DNA of 45,754 nt from a virus (Duplodnaviria > Caudoviricetes), in IMG/VR virus record IMGVR_UViG_3300036856_000017, positions 1 to 45,754 of that record, one strand, 5' to 3'. Made by a program: the position numbers and the translations under genes. The notes under the pieces are model-generated. The model was not told where the DNA came from. It saw only the letters and a program-made list of their open reading frames with translations, and searched no databases. Shown piece after piece: positions 8,803-16,116 of this stretch. Position 1 is the stretch's first letter; each line of letters opens with the position of its first letter.

Positions 8803-9022
8803 CGTGCGTCCCGGGGTCGACGCGGCGGACGGGCATGACGATCCACTCGTCGTGCATGTGGACGCCGATTTCCCGGAGCTGCTTGGCGCCGTTGTCGGCG
8901 GCGGCCTTGGTGGGGTACGGACCGAAGACGCCGAGGATGCCGCTCCCGTCGGCGTACTTGGCGATGGCGCACCAGCGTGTTCCGGTGGCCCAGGGCCCGG
9001 GGGTAGTGGTCGTGAGGTCCAT
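8795..9022 (-). CDS. Hypothetical protein (MDLTTTTPGPW...)
   Basis: TAATG coupling; TPGPW motif. Confidence 0.65.
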   Translation of the reverse strand: MDLTTTTPGPWATGTRWCAIAKYADGSGILGVFGPYPTKAAADNGAKQLREIGVHMHDEWIVMPVRRVDPGTHDA

Positions 9023-9099
9023 TACGCCTTCCCCCCGTGGCAGCTCGGGCAGTAGCAGTGGTGGGTGCCGATGCAATCCGGCCCGCACCCGGCCTTCAT
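9022..9099 (-). CDS. 25-aa Cys/His-rich peptide MKAGCGPDCIGTHHCYCPSCHGGKA
   Basis: Hand translation; ATGA at start and TAATG at stop. Confidence 0.6.
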   Translation of the reverse strand: MKAGCGPDCIGTHHCYCPSCHGGKA

Positions 9100-9350
9100 G
9101 AGTCCCTCCTGACGGGCAGCATCCGGCAGTCGGACGCGCCGCAGTCGCGGTCACAGCAGCAGTCCCGCGGGTCGACGCCGCTGACGGACCGCCAGCCGGG
9201 CGAGCACCAGGGACAGTCACGCGGGTCCGGCGGTGTCTCCCGTGCGGGCGGCGCGGGCGGCCCCACCTCAGCGAAGTGCTTGCGGAGCTGACGCCGGAGC
9301 TTCCGTGTCCGCCACTGGCTGACGGTGAGCTGCCACAGGGCGATGATCAT
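9096..9350 (-). CDS. Cys-rich hypothetical protein
   Basis: DPRDC twice, CPWC, CCCDRDC; coupled. Confidence 0.65.
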   Translation of the reverse strand: MIIALWQLTVSQWRTRKLRRQLRKHFAEVGPPAPPARETPPDPRDCPWCSPGWRSVSGVDPRDCCCDRDCGASDCRMLPVRRDS

Positions 9351-9676
9351 GATGCTTCCTCCAGTCCGAGCATGGCGAGCAGCTCGGCACGCTCACGGTC
9401 GTCGGCGGCGTGCCTGGCGACGATCTCGGCGGCGGTGCGGATGGTTCCGGGATCGAGGTCCACGACGGCGCGCAGGTGCCCGCGCCGCCGCACGCCCTCG
9501 CCTTCGGGGCGCGCTTGCGCCCTGCGCTGGCGGACGGCGCGGTACACCTGCTCAAGCGCCTCGGCAGACTTGTGTGACCCCTTGTGGCCTGCGGGCCGTC
9601 CGCAGGTGCTGCCCTTGGCGTGGGCTGCCGCGACCGGCAGTCCGCAGCGCGGGCCCTTGGCGTAGTCGCGCGTCAC
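9347..9676 (-). CDS. Hypothetical protein with C...CGRPAGHKGSH motif
   Basis: GTGA and ATGA coupling. Confidence 0.65.
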   Translation of the reverse strand: MTRDYAKGPRCGLPVAAAHAKGSTCGRPAGHKGSHKSAEALEQVYRAVRQRRAQARPEGEGVRRRGHLRAVVDLDPGTIRTAAEIVARHAADDRERAELLAMLGLEEAS

Positions 9677-9915
9677 ATCGCCCCCTGGCATTTCCGGCAG
9701 GTGACGGCGTCGCGGTCACTGGTGACCTCGACCGGGACGCCGCTGGGCGCGGGCCGTCCGCAGCGCGGATAGCCGCTGTTTTCGGTGTCCAGGTGGACGC
9801 GGCGCAGGGGCGCGTCAAGGAACGGCGTGCGCGTGTCCTTGCCGGTGCCCCGGTAGACGTAGCCGCACGTCTCCGGCAGCCCGTTGCGGCTGCCTTGCGG
9901 TGGCGGGCTGATCAC
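9673..9915 (-). CDS. Small Cys-containing protein (...CG...VTCRKC)
   Basis: GTGA coupling both ends. Confidence 0.6.
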   Translation of the reverse strand: MISPPPQGSRNGLPETCGYVYRGTGKDTRTPFLDAPLRRVHLDTENSGYPRCGRPAPSGVPVEVTSDRDAVTCRKCQGAM

Positions 9916-10013
9916 GGCGCCACCTCCCGCCGGATGTGCTGACAGATCTGGCACACCCACTCCATGCCGCCGTTCGGCGTCGGTTCGTGGACGTAGTAGT
10001 GGGCACACCTCAT
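9912..10013 (-). CDS. 33-aa zinc-ribbon-like peptide (MRCAHYY...CQICQH)
   Basis: GGAGG RBS; coupled both ends. Confidence 0.6.
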   Translation of the reverse strand: MRCAHYYVHEPTPNGGMEWVCQICQHIRREVAP

Positions 10014-10207
10014 GACGTCACCTCCGTGACGTCGAACAGCGCGGCCTGGGGCGTCTTCGCGGGCTGGTGGCACTTGCACGTGCAGTCGCGGTAGGTGCAT
10101 CCGGCGTGATTCATCTCGCGGATACGGCACGGGTCGCCTTTGCCGTTCAGCCTCTCGGTGAGGTTGCCGCCGGTCTCCAGCCAGAGCCGGTTCAGTTCGT
10201 CGGTCAC
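10010..10207 (-). CDS. Small Cys/His protein (C...H..C....CTCKCH)
   Basis: GGAGG RBS; coupled. Confidence 0.62.
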   Translation of the reverse strand: MTDELNRLWLETGGNLTERLNGKGDPCRIREMNHAGCTYRDCTCKCHQPAKTPQAALFDVTEVTS

Positions 10208-10608
10208 GATGCCCGCCTCCTCGGCAGCCCGGACGCGTGGCGCCCGTGCCCCGTCCGCATGTCGCCCGGCAGCCGGTGCGGCGGCAGCACCGCGTGCCCC
10301 CCGGTCCCGTCCCGCCGCGCAACCCGGATCGCCTCGGCCAGCTGCTCCCCGGCTTCCTCCTGCTCGAGGCGCGCGAGGGTCACCGGGTACGGGCCGAGAT
10401 AGCACTCGTAGTCCGGGATGAGCAGGACCGCCCCCGAAGCGGGGGGAACAGGGGCGGTCCGCTGGTCCCGCCACGCACCCCGGGGAAGCCGGTGCGCGGC
10501 GGGCGTCTTGCGGGGGCGCTGGCAGGCCATCAGCAGCAGCGCCAGGAGGGCGAGGTCGGCGGCGAGGATGATCAGCCCGCGCGGCGGGATGACGGCGGTC
10601 CAGGTCAT
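10204..10608 (-). CDS. Membrane-anchored hypothetical protein
   Basis: N-terminal hydrophobic helix GLIILAADLALLALLLMA; ATGA coupling. Confidence 0.6.
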   Translation of the reverse strand: MTWTAVIPPRGLIILAADLALLALLLMACQRPRKTPAAHRLPRGAWRDQRTAPVPPASGAVLLIPDYECYLGPYPVTLARLEQEEAGEQLAEAIRVARRDGTGGHAVLPPHRLPGDMRTGHGRHASGLPRRRAS

Positions 10609-10901
10609 GGCCCCTCGATTCCGGCCAGCTTCAGCCAGCGGTCGTAGGTGGCGGCGTCGGCGGTGGCAACGCGGTTGCCGTTGACGATGCGCCGGAAGTC
10701 GCTCAGTACCTCGGACAGCAAGGCCCGCTGCTGGTCGCACTCGGCCCGCAGCATGACGATGGTGGGCTCGACGCGGAGCGCCACCTCGCACGCGCCGCGT
10801 TCCCGTGCCCGCCGCGTGTCCGGGTCCAGCAGGTCCCACGGGACGGCGTCGGGGTTGCGGTGGTTGCACGTCTCGTAGTCGATCTGCCCCAGCGTGGTCA
10901 T
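10605..10901 (-). CDS. Hypothetical protein
   Basis: GGAGG RBS; ATGA coupling. Confidence 0.65.
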   Translation of the reverse strand: MTTLGQIDYETCNHRNPDAVPWDLLDPDTRRARERGACEVALRVEPTIVMLRAECDQQRALLSEVLSDFRRIVNGNRVATADAATYDRWLKLAGIEGP

Positions 10902-11212
10902 GACGTCGCCTCCAGCACCTTGCGCAGGTCTGCGGCGTGGTTGGCGTAGATCAGCGTGCGGACGTTCCAGCGCTCCCATGCGGCGTCACGTTCGGCGGCG
11001 TTGTACGCCTCGTCGCGGTAGCGCAGCGCACTGGCCGATGCCTGCTCCCAGCTGACCGCGAGGTCCGTGAGGGCGGCGCGGACGGCGTTGAGCTTGCGCT
11101 CGGTCTCGGCCGCGCGCTTCGCGGCGGCGTCGTAGGCGCTCATCAGGCCGGCCACGCGGGCGCGGTCCTGCTTGATCCCGGCGACGACGGAGGCGACCTT
11201 GTCGGCGCTCAT
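10898..11212 (-). CDS. Hypothetical coiled-coil protein
   Basis: ATGA coupling both ends. Confidence 0.7.
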   Translation of the reverse strand: MSADKVASVVAGIKQDRARVAGLMSAYDAAAKRAAETERKLNAVRAALTDLAVSWEQASASALRYRDEAYNAAERDAAWERWNVRTLIYANHAADLRKVLEATS

Positions 11213-11880
11213 CGCTGGTCCCTGGCGGGCACGGAGGGCAGGTGGCCGTTCAGCGTGGCGATGACCGTCGCGGCGCTGATGGGCTCCTCCGGCCCGTCGA
11301 TCGCCAGCGTCATCAGCGTGTCCGTGATGATCTCGGGCTTGGGGACGCGCGTCAGGTGGTCGTTGTCGCTGGCGATCAGGTGCTCGATCCCGGCCCAGTC
11401 GGCGACGCTCTGGCGCTGCTCATCCGTCCAGCCGTCGATAACCTCGCGCGGGATGTCGATGCTGACCATCAGCAGCAGGTCATGCACGACCTGCGTGGTC
11501 AGCTCCGGCTCCGGGTCGCCGCTGTAGTCGGTGGGGTCGTCCCCGCCGTCGTCGTCGTACGCGTCGCCGTAGTCGGACGGGAGCATGCGCGGCTCCGGCA
11601 CCTGATGCAGCGGCGAGCGCCTCAGCTGCCCGCAGGTGTCGCAGTGGCCGAGGTGCTCCTCGGGGGCGTACTCGTGCCGCTGCCCGCTGAGCGTGGCCTC
11701 GAAGCGGCGCTTCATGATGGCGGCCGCCTTGATCAGCGCGTCGATCTCGGCGAGGGTCATGAAGTTGAAGGCGGCGTTGCTGCTGCCGAGTTCGAGGACG
11801 GCGAACGGGTCCTCGCTGCCGGGGTTGACCTCGGACTTGATGGCGTCAGCCCTGACGCTGATGCTGAGGTGTGCCTGCAT
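11209..11880 (-). CDS. Hypothetical protein
   Basis: AGGAG RBS; HCDTC motif. Confidence 0.72.
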   Translation of the reverse strand: MQAHLSISVRADAIKSEVNPGSEDPFAVLELGSSNAAFNFMTLAEIDALIKAAAIMKRRFEATLSGQRHEYAPEEHLGHCDTCGQLRRSPLHQVPEPRMLPSDYGDAYDDDGGDDPTDYSGDPEPELTTQVVHDLLLMVSIDIPREVIDGWTDEQRQSVADWAGIEHLIASDNDHLTRVPKPEIITDTLMTLAIDGPEEPISAATVIATLNGHLPSVPARDQR

Positions 11881-11936
11881 GTGATGCTCCTGTTATCTTG
11901 GAGGTGTCCCGGCGGGGTGATGCTCCGGCCGGTAGG

Positions 11937-11959
11937 GGCTCCCGTCTGCAGCGGGAGCC
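11937..11959 (-). terminator. Stem-loop just after the xis-like gene
   Basis: GGCTCCCG-tctgcag-CGGGAGCC. Confidence 0.6.
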
Positions 11960-11963
11960 TCTT

Positions 11964-12152
11964 TTACGTGGTGGCGACGAGGGCGCGCTTCTCCCACGCC
12001 TCGACCTCGGTGAGCCGGTAGCGGACGAACTTGCCGCCGTCCGCGATGTAGGCGGGACCGCGCTTGTCGCGCCGCCACTCAGCGAGCGTCTGCCTGGAGA
12101 CGCGGAGCCGGTCGGCGAGTTCCTCGCTGGTGAGGTGACGGACGGGCGGCAT
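11964..12152 (-). CDS. xis: Excisionase/AlpA-like HTH_17 protein
   Basis: LTSEELADRLRVSRQTLAEWRR..RGPAY....VRYRLTEVEAW; TGATG coupling. Confidence 0.78.
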   Translation of the reverse strand: MPPVRHLTSEELADRLRVSRQTLAEWRRDKRGPAYIADGGKFVRYRLTEVEAWEKRALVATT

Positions 12153-12343
12153 CAGGACGCCTCCGTCGCGGGCACGACGCGGTTCCGCTCGATGTAGGCG
12201 GCAAACGACTCTTCGGTGATCCGCAGCGGGGCGTTCGGCGCACCGGAGGTCTTGATCGCGGCCAGCTCGCCCGAGCGGACGAGGTTGAAGACCGTCTTCT
12301 TGGTGACGCGCAGCCTGGCGGAGATTTCGTCGACCGTGAGCAT
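12152..12343 (-). CDS. HTH_17 DNA-binding protein (Cro- or Xis-like)
   Basis: MLTVDEISARLRVTKKTVFNLVRSGELAAIK; divergent from the repressor. Confidence 0.8.
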   Translation of the reverse strand: MLTVDEISARLRVTKKTVFNLVRSGELAAIKTSGAPNAPLRITEESFAAYIERNRVVPATEAS

Positions 12344-12385
12344 CAGGTTTCCCTGGTTTGCGTCGGCTTTCGTTCCATGAACGCA

Positions 12386-12415
12386 ACCCTAGGACATCCG
12401 ACGCAGACCGGTCAA
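12386..12415 (-). promoter_or_regulatory. Early lytic promoter
   Basis: TTGACC-18 nt-TAGGGT on the minus strand; predicted start site near ATG 12378. Confidence 0.7.
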
Positions 12416-12480
12416 GAAATCTGAGGAAATCTAAAGTACTTAAAAGTAACGATTTGGCCCCTAGGCTGGGATGGCCTACC

Positions 12481-12510
12481 TTGCTTTGCCTTACTTTTCC
12501 TGGGCATCAT
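12481..12510 (+). promoter_or_regulatory. Repressor promoter, probably leaderless
   Basis: TTGCTT-18 nt-CATCAT ending 6 nt before GTG 12517; no RBS. Confidence 0.5.
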
Positions 12511-12516
12511 GAAGAC

Positions 12517-12870
12517 GTGAACATCCCGCTAGGTACAGCCATCAAGCGAGCGCGGGAGCGAAAGAGATGGACTCAGCGCCAGCTAGCCGCCGCGCTCGGC
12601 GTAAGCACGAAGACGGTCGACAACTGGGAAAACGGACGCACCACTCCGCAAAGCTCGATGGGTGCCCTAGAGGAGGTGCTCGGCATCGGCGCCGACCGCG
12701 AGCCGGAACCGGAGCTTGACCCCGGCCTGCTCGAAAAGATCCGCCAGACCATCCCCCCAGATGATCAGCAGCGCGTTATAGACGCGATCCTCGCGACGAT
12801 GCGCGGTACTCCCCCGAGCGGACCACCCGCAGAGGATTGGGGCGGGGCCTCGGGACGGAAGACCGGGTGA
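12517..12870 (+). CDS. XRE-family immunity repressor
   Basis: IKRARERKRWTQRQLAAALGVSTKTVDNWENGRTTP; divergent from the early operon and upstream of int. Confidence 0.88.
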   Translation: MNIPLGTAIKRARERKRWTQRQLAAALGVSTKTVDNWENGRTTPQSSMGALEEVLGIGADREPEPELDPGLLEKIRQTIPPDDQQRVIDAILATMRGTPPSGPPAEDWGGASGRKTG

Positions 12871-13108
12871 CGTTCGCTATCGTCAGCAGCAGCAGTTCGT
12901 CACGTGCGTCCCTGGCCGCCTGCGCGTCCTTGGACGCTCGCGCGTGCCAGCACTGGCCGGCCACCACTGTCCCGGCAACCCACGCGGACAGGAGCACGTT
13001 CATCGCCCGCGCAGGGAACGGAATCCACTCCAGCTGCGCGAGGACCAGGCCCAGCGAGACAGCGGCAGTGGTAGTGGTTGACCTGACGGCAATGTCCATT
13101 GGACGCAT
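12776..13108 (-). CDS. Possible membrane protein convergent with and overlapping the repressor gene
   Basis: Two hydrophobic segments; GGGGG purine run upstream; fills the repressor-int gap. Confidence 0.5.
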   Translation of the reverse strand: MRPMDIAVRSTTTTAAVSLGLVLAQLEWIPFPARAMNVLLSAWVAGTVVAGQCWHARASKDAQAARDARDELLLLTIANVTRSSVPRPRPNPLRVVRSGEYRASSRGSRL

Positions 13109-13264
13109 GCATTCCCCCGAATGTCTAGTTGATGTACGAATGTGACGCGCCGGTTACGGCGTAAGTTGTCCTGTTGCACGATATTCACCGAAATTTCTCA
13201 ACACTGTATGAGTAGTCACGGTTAGTCCTGGATACAGCCGGATGCATCCGGCCGGAGCGGAGCG

Positions 13265-14623
13265 TTGATGGCGGTCTACGACCAGTGGCACAAGGCGCCG
13301 GCGCCTGGCGATGCCCCGTGCTCGTGCGGGACGCGCAAGAACCCGCTCTACCCGTCGTCGCGCCACAAGACGGGCAAGCGCTGGCAGGTCCGCTGGTACG
13401 AGCCGGACGGCAAGGTGAAGCAGCCGAAGAAGAACTTCGGCTTGCGCGTCGGCCGCAACCCGGAGGTCCACGCCGACGCGTTCAACGCACTGGTCGAGCG
13501 CCACATCGATGTCGAGGGCGGGTTCGACCCGGACGCGGGGAACATCACCTTCGAGGCGTACGCCGAGGACTGGCGCAAGACCCGCGGCGGCCTGGACGAC
13601 AACGAGGCCGCGGCGCTCGAGGGACGCCTCCGGCTGCACGCCTACCAGGACCCGGACACTCCCGGCCGCACGCGCCGCGGCGGCGTCAGTATCGGGCAGC
13701 GGAAGATGCGCGACCTGGCGAAGCGCCCGTCGCTGATCCAGGGCTGGATTCAGTCGATGCCGCTGGCGGAGGCGTCCGCGCGGCTGGTGGTCATGGACGT
13801 GTCGGCGGTGTTCCGGTCTGCGGTCGACGACGGGGCGGTGCCGCGCGACCCGGTGCGCGTGTCCAGCGTGGACCGGCCGCCCGCGGGGCGCACGAAGGCC
13901 CGGCCGTGGCCGCGTGAGCATGTCGTCGCGATGGCGGCGGCACTGGACCCGCGGATCGCCATCGTGCCGTACCTCGGCGCGGGGACCGGCGCGCGGCAGG
14001 GCGAGATGCTCGGGCTTGGCGCCGACGACATCCGGTTCCTCGGGCGCGACCCGCGGGTGAGCTATGTCCGCCAGGTGAAGATCGTCGGCCGGCGGGTATG
14101 CTTCGCCCCGCTGAAGAACGGCAAGGAGCACCGGCCGCCGCTGTCGCCGTCCCTTGCCGGCCGGCTGGCGGCGCACATGGCGGAGTTCCCGCCCGTGGCC
14201 GTGACGCTGCCGTGGTACGACCCGGACGACAAGGAGCGCCACGGGAAGCCGGTGACGGTGCGGCTGGTGCTGACGACGGCGGACGGCGGCGCGTGGCGGC
14301 GGGACGCGTTCAACCGGCGCTGGCGGGCCGCGCAGGAGGCCGCGGGGATCGTCACGCGGGAGCCCGGCGAGAAGCGCCCCGCGGCGCGGCAGGATGGCTG
14401 TCACGCGCTGCGGCACACGTACGCGTCGGCGCAGCTGCGGCACAAGGTGGACATCGTGCGGGTGGCGGCGTGGATGGGCGATGACCCGGAAACGGTGTGG
14501 AAAACCTACGCGCACCTGATGCCGGATCAGGACGACGACGACGGCCGGGAGGCGGTCGACGCGCTGCTCGCTCCGGAGCCACTTGCCCCGGATATGCCCC
14601 GTGAGGCGGATGGCGGCACGTAA
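13265..14623 (+). CDS. int: Tyrosine integrase
   Basis: TGARQGEMLGL (R), HALRHTYAS (HxxR), TYAH (Y); N-terminal GKRWQVRW arm-binding-type segment. Confidence 0.95.
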   Translation: MMAVYDQWHKAPAPGDAPCSCGTRKNPLYPSSRHKTGKRWQVRWYEPDGKVKQPKKNFGLRVGRNPEVHADAFNALVERHIDVEGGFDPDAGNITFEAYAEDWRKTRGGLDDNEAAALEGRLRLHAYQDPDTPGRTRRGGVSIGQRKMRDLAKRPSLIQGWIQSMPLAEASARLVVMDVSAVFRSAVDDGAVPRDPVRVSSVDRPPAGRTKARPWPREHVVAMAAALDPRIAIVPYLGAGTGARQGEMLGLGADDIRFLGRDPRVSYVRQVKIVGRRVCFAPLKNGKEHRPPLSPSLAGRLAAHMAEFPPVAVTLPWYDPDDKERHGKPVTVRLVLTTADGGAWRRDAFNRRWRAAQEAAGIVTREPGEKRPAARQDGCHALRHTYASAQLRHKVDIVRVAAWMGDDPETVWKTYAHLMPDQDDDDGREAVDALLAPEPLAPDMPREADGGT

Positions 14624-14773
14624 TGCCTGGCAGGAGCGGTGCGGATCACATTTTCATGATGTGGGCGGGGTGCAGGCCAGAGATTCAGTCCCTGTCTGAC
14701 CTGCCAGGATTCATATCTATTCTATGGTTTGCTATCGGGTTCATTCGGTTGCGCCTTGCCCCGGACTTGCCCC
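14582..14773. other. attP: core flanked by arm-type repeats
   Basis: CTTGCCCCGGATATGCCCC (14582-14600) and CTTGCCCCGGACTTGCCCC (14755-14773) flank CACAT-TTTCATG-ATGTG (14647-14663), an inverted repeat around a 7-bp spacer. Confidence 0.78.
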
Positions 14774-15010
14774 CGACCGCCAGCTGACGTATGTCCCGCT
14801 GCCGGGCAGCTTCGTCACCAGCTTGCGTTCGGCGAGTTCGTCGATGGCCTTGCGCATGGTCCCCTCGCCGACGTCGTGCTGATCAGCCAGCCCCCCGCGG
14901 ACCCGCAGCTGCGTGCCGAACGGCAGCTCGCCGGACTTGATGCGGTGCTCGATGTCGTCGGCGACCACTCGCCATTTGTAATCGATCGGCGCATCTTCCT
15001 GCTCTGACAT
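14741..15010 (-). CDS. GntR-family winged-HTH regulator (KorSA/TraR-like)
   Basis: VADDIEHRIKSGEL..GTQL....LA....V...TMRKAIDELAERKLV..LPGSGTYV; TACGGT -10 just upstream of the ATG. Confidence 0.88.
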   Translation of the reverse strand: MSEQEDAPIDYKWRVVADDIEHRIKSGELPFGTQLRVRGGLADQHDVGEGTMRKAIDELAERKLVTKLPGSGTYVSWRSGASPGQGATE

Positions 15011-15052
15011 GCGGCACACCGTAACTGGCACGTGACCAGCATAGATGACCGG

Positions 15053-15070
15053 GGCAGGCTTATACCTGCC
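15053..15070. promoter_or_regulatory. Inverted repeat between divergent promoters, candidate GntR operator
   Basis: GGCAGG-cttata-CCTGCC; nearby ATCCAG direct repeat. Confidence 0.45.
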
Positions 15071-15116
15071 GCGCCCCGTACTATCCAGCTACATCCAGGT
15101 GTTGTACGCTGCGCTC

Positions 15117-15311
15117 ATGGCCTGGCTACCATCATGCAACCACGAGCCCGCCGCCGACTCTCCGCCGCGCAAGTACGACGGCCAGGTAGGCAAGCAGCAG
15201 TACTCCGTGTGCAAGCTCTGCGAAAAGCCGATCGTCCTGTTCTCTGACGACGGCCGGTGGATGCAGTCGACCACGACGAATCACCCGTACCTCTCGCAGG
15301 CCGCTGAATAA
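15117..15311 (+). CDS. 64-aa Zn-ribbon-like protein
   Basis: CNH...CKLC; TACGCT -10 ending 6 nt before the ATG. Confidence 0.6.
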   Translation: MAWLPSCNHEPAADSPPRKYDGQVGKQQYSVCKLCEKPIVLFSDDGRWMQSTTTNHPYLSQAAE

Positions 15312-15387
15312 CTGAAGCGGGCCACCCGAGCGGATGAAAGCCGCCGGATGGCCCTAACCCGAACCTTGATCAAGCCAAGGATGGGCT

Positions 15388-16116
15388 GTGACAGAACTTA
15401 CCGACAATCGTCGAGAGCGCACAAGGGCTCTGGCCGCATGGCTCCAGGCGATTCCGAAACCTCGCTGGCCGCGGCGGTCCGACGTGCCCGCGGCCGCGCC
15501 GGGTGGCGTGGTGCTCCGGTTCCGGACGGCCGCCCTGTGGGCGATCGCCGCCCTGATCACCGCGGCGTCCGCAGCGTCGTTCAGCGAGTCCTACCGCGGG
15601 CTGCTGTCATGGGCGCTCCGGCATGGCCTCGCCGGATTCTGGGCCGCCGCCTTCCCTGTCCAGGTCGACACCTTCATCGCGGTCGGCGAGCTGGTGCTCT
15701 TCGTCGCGATGGTCGACCAGTGGGACTGGCCGAGAAAGCTCGGCGCGTGGGCGGTCGCGCTGCTCGGTCTCGCGATCTCGGTCGCCGGGAACATCGGGCA
15801 CCTGGCCGCCGCCGACCTCTCGTCACGTGCCACGGCCGGAGTGCCGCCGCTGGCCGCGTTCGCCGCGCTGTGGCTCGGGCTGACCGTACTGAAGAGCGTT
15901 ATCTCCCGCCGGGCGGAGCGGCCCGCTCCTGACACGGTGCTGCCCGAGGTGCCCACCGACAACGAGGTCGCGGCGCTCCTGGCGCTGAGAGCCACCACCT
16001 ACGCCGGGAATCCCCTTAGCGCGAGGGCACTGGAAGCGCAGTTTGGTTTGTCCCGTGCGCAGTCGACCAAAGTGCGTCAGCTCGTCCTTGCGAAGGTCAA
16101 CGGGAGCGCGCCGTGA
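15388..16116 (+). CDS. DUF2637/SpdA-like membrane protein of actinomycete conjugative elements
   Basis: About four TM segments with SFSESY..L...A, PVQVD, ISVAGNIGH and VPPLAA motifs; C-terminal HTH-like LSARALEAQFGLSR; GTGA-coupled to traB. Confidence 0.82.
   Translation: MTELTDNRRERTRALAAWLQAIPKPRWPRRSDVPAAAPGGVVLRFRTAALWAIAALITAASAASFSESYRGLLSWALRHGLAGFWAAAFPVQVDTFIAVGELVLFVAMVDQWDWPRKLGAWAVALLGLAISVAGNIGHLAAADLSSRATAGVPPLAAFAALWLGLTVLKSVISRRAERPAPDTVLPEVPTDNEVAALLALRATTYAGNPLSARALEAQFGLSRAQSTKVRQLVLAKVNGSAP

Noticed and set aside
5078-12343. Many early proteins end in EAS, EATS, EVTS or EATP
   Set aside because: By-product of the next gene's GGAGG RBS and ATGA/GTGA overlap, not a degron or sorting signal
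14460-14500. Integrase has MGD where LGH is usual
   Set aside because: This position varies among tyrosine recombinases; R, HxxR and Y are present, so it is not evidence of inactivation
14624-14740. Possible tRNA fragment at attP
   Set aside because: No T-loop GTTCRA or acceptor stem with CCA visible
15312-15387. Hairpin with CTGAAG and GAAA that superficially suggests a hammerhead ribozyme
   Set aside because: The CUGANGA core and required stems are absent; treated as a plain structured leader
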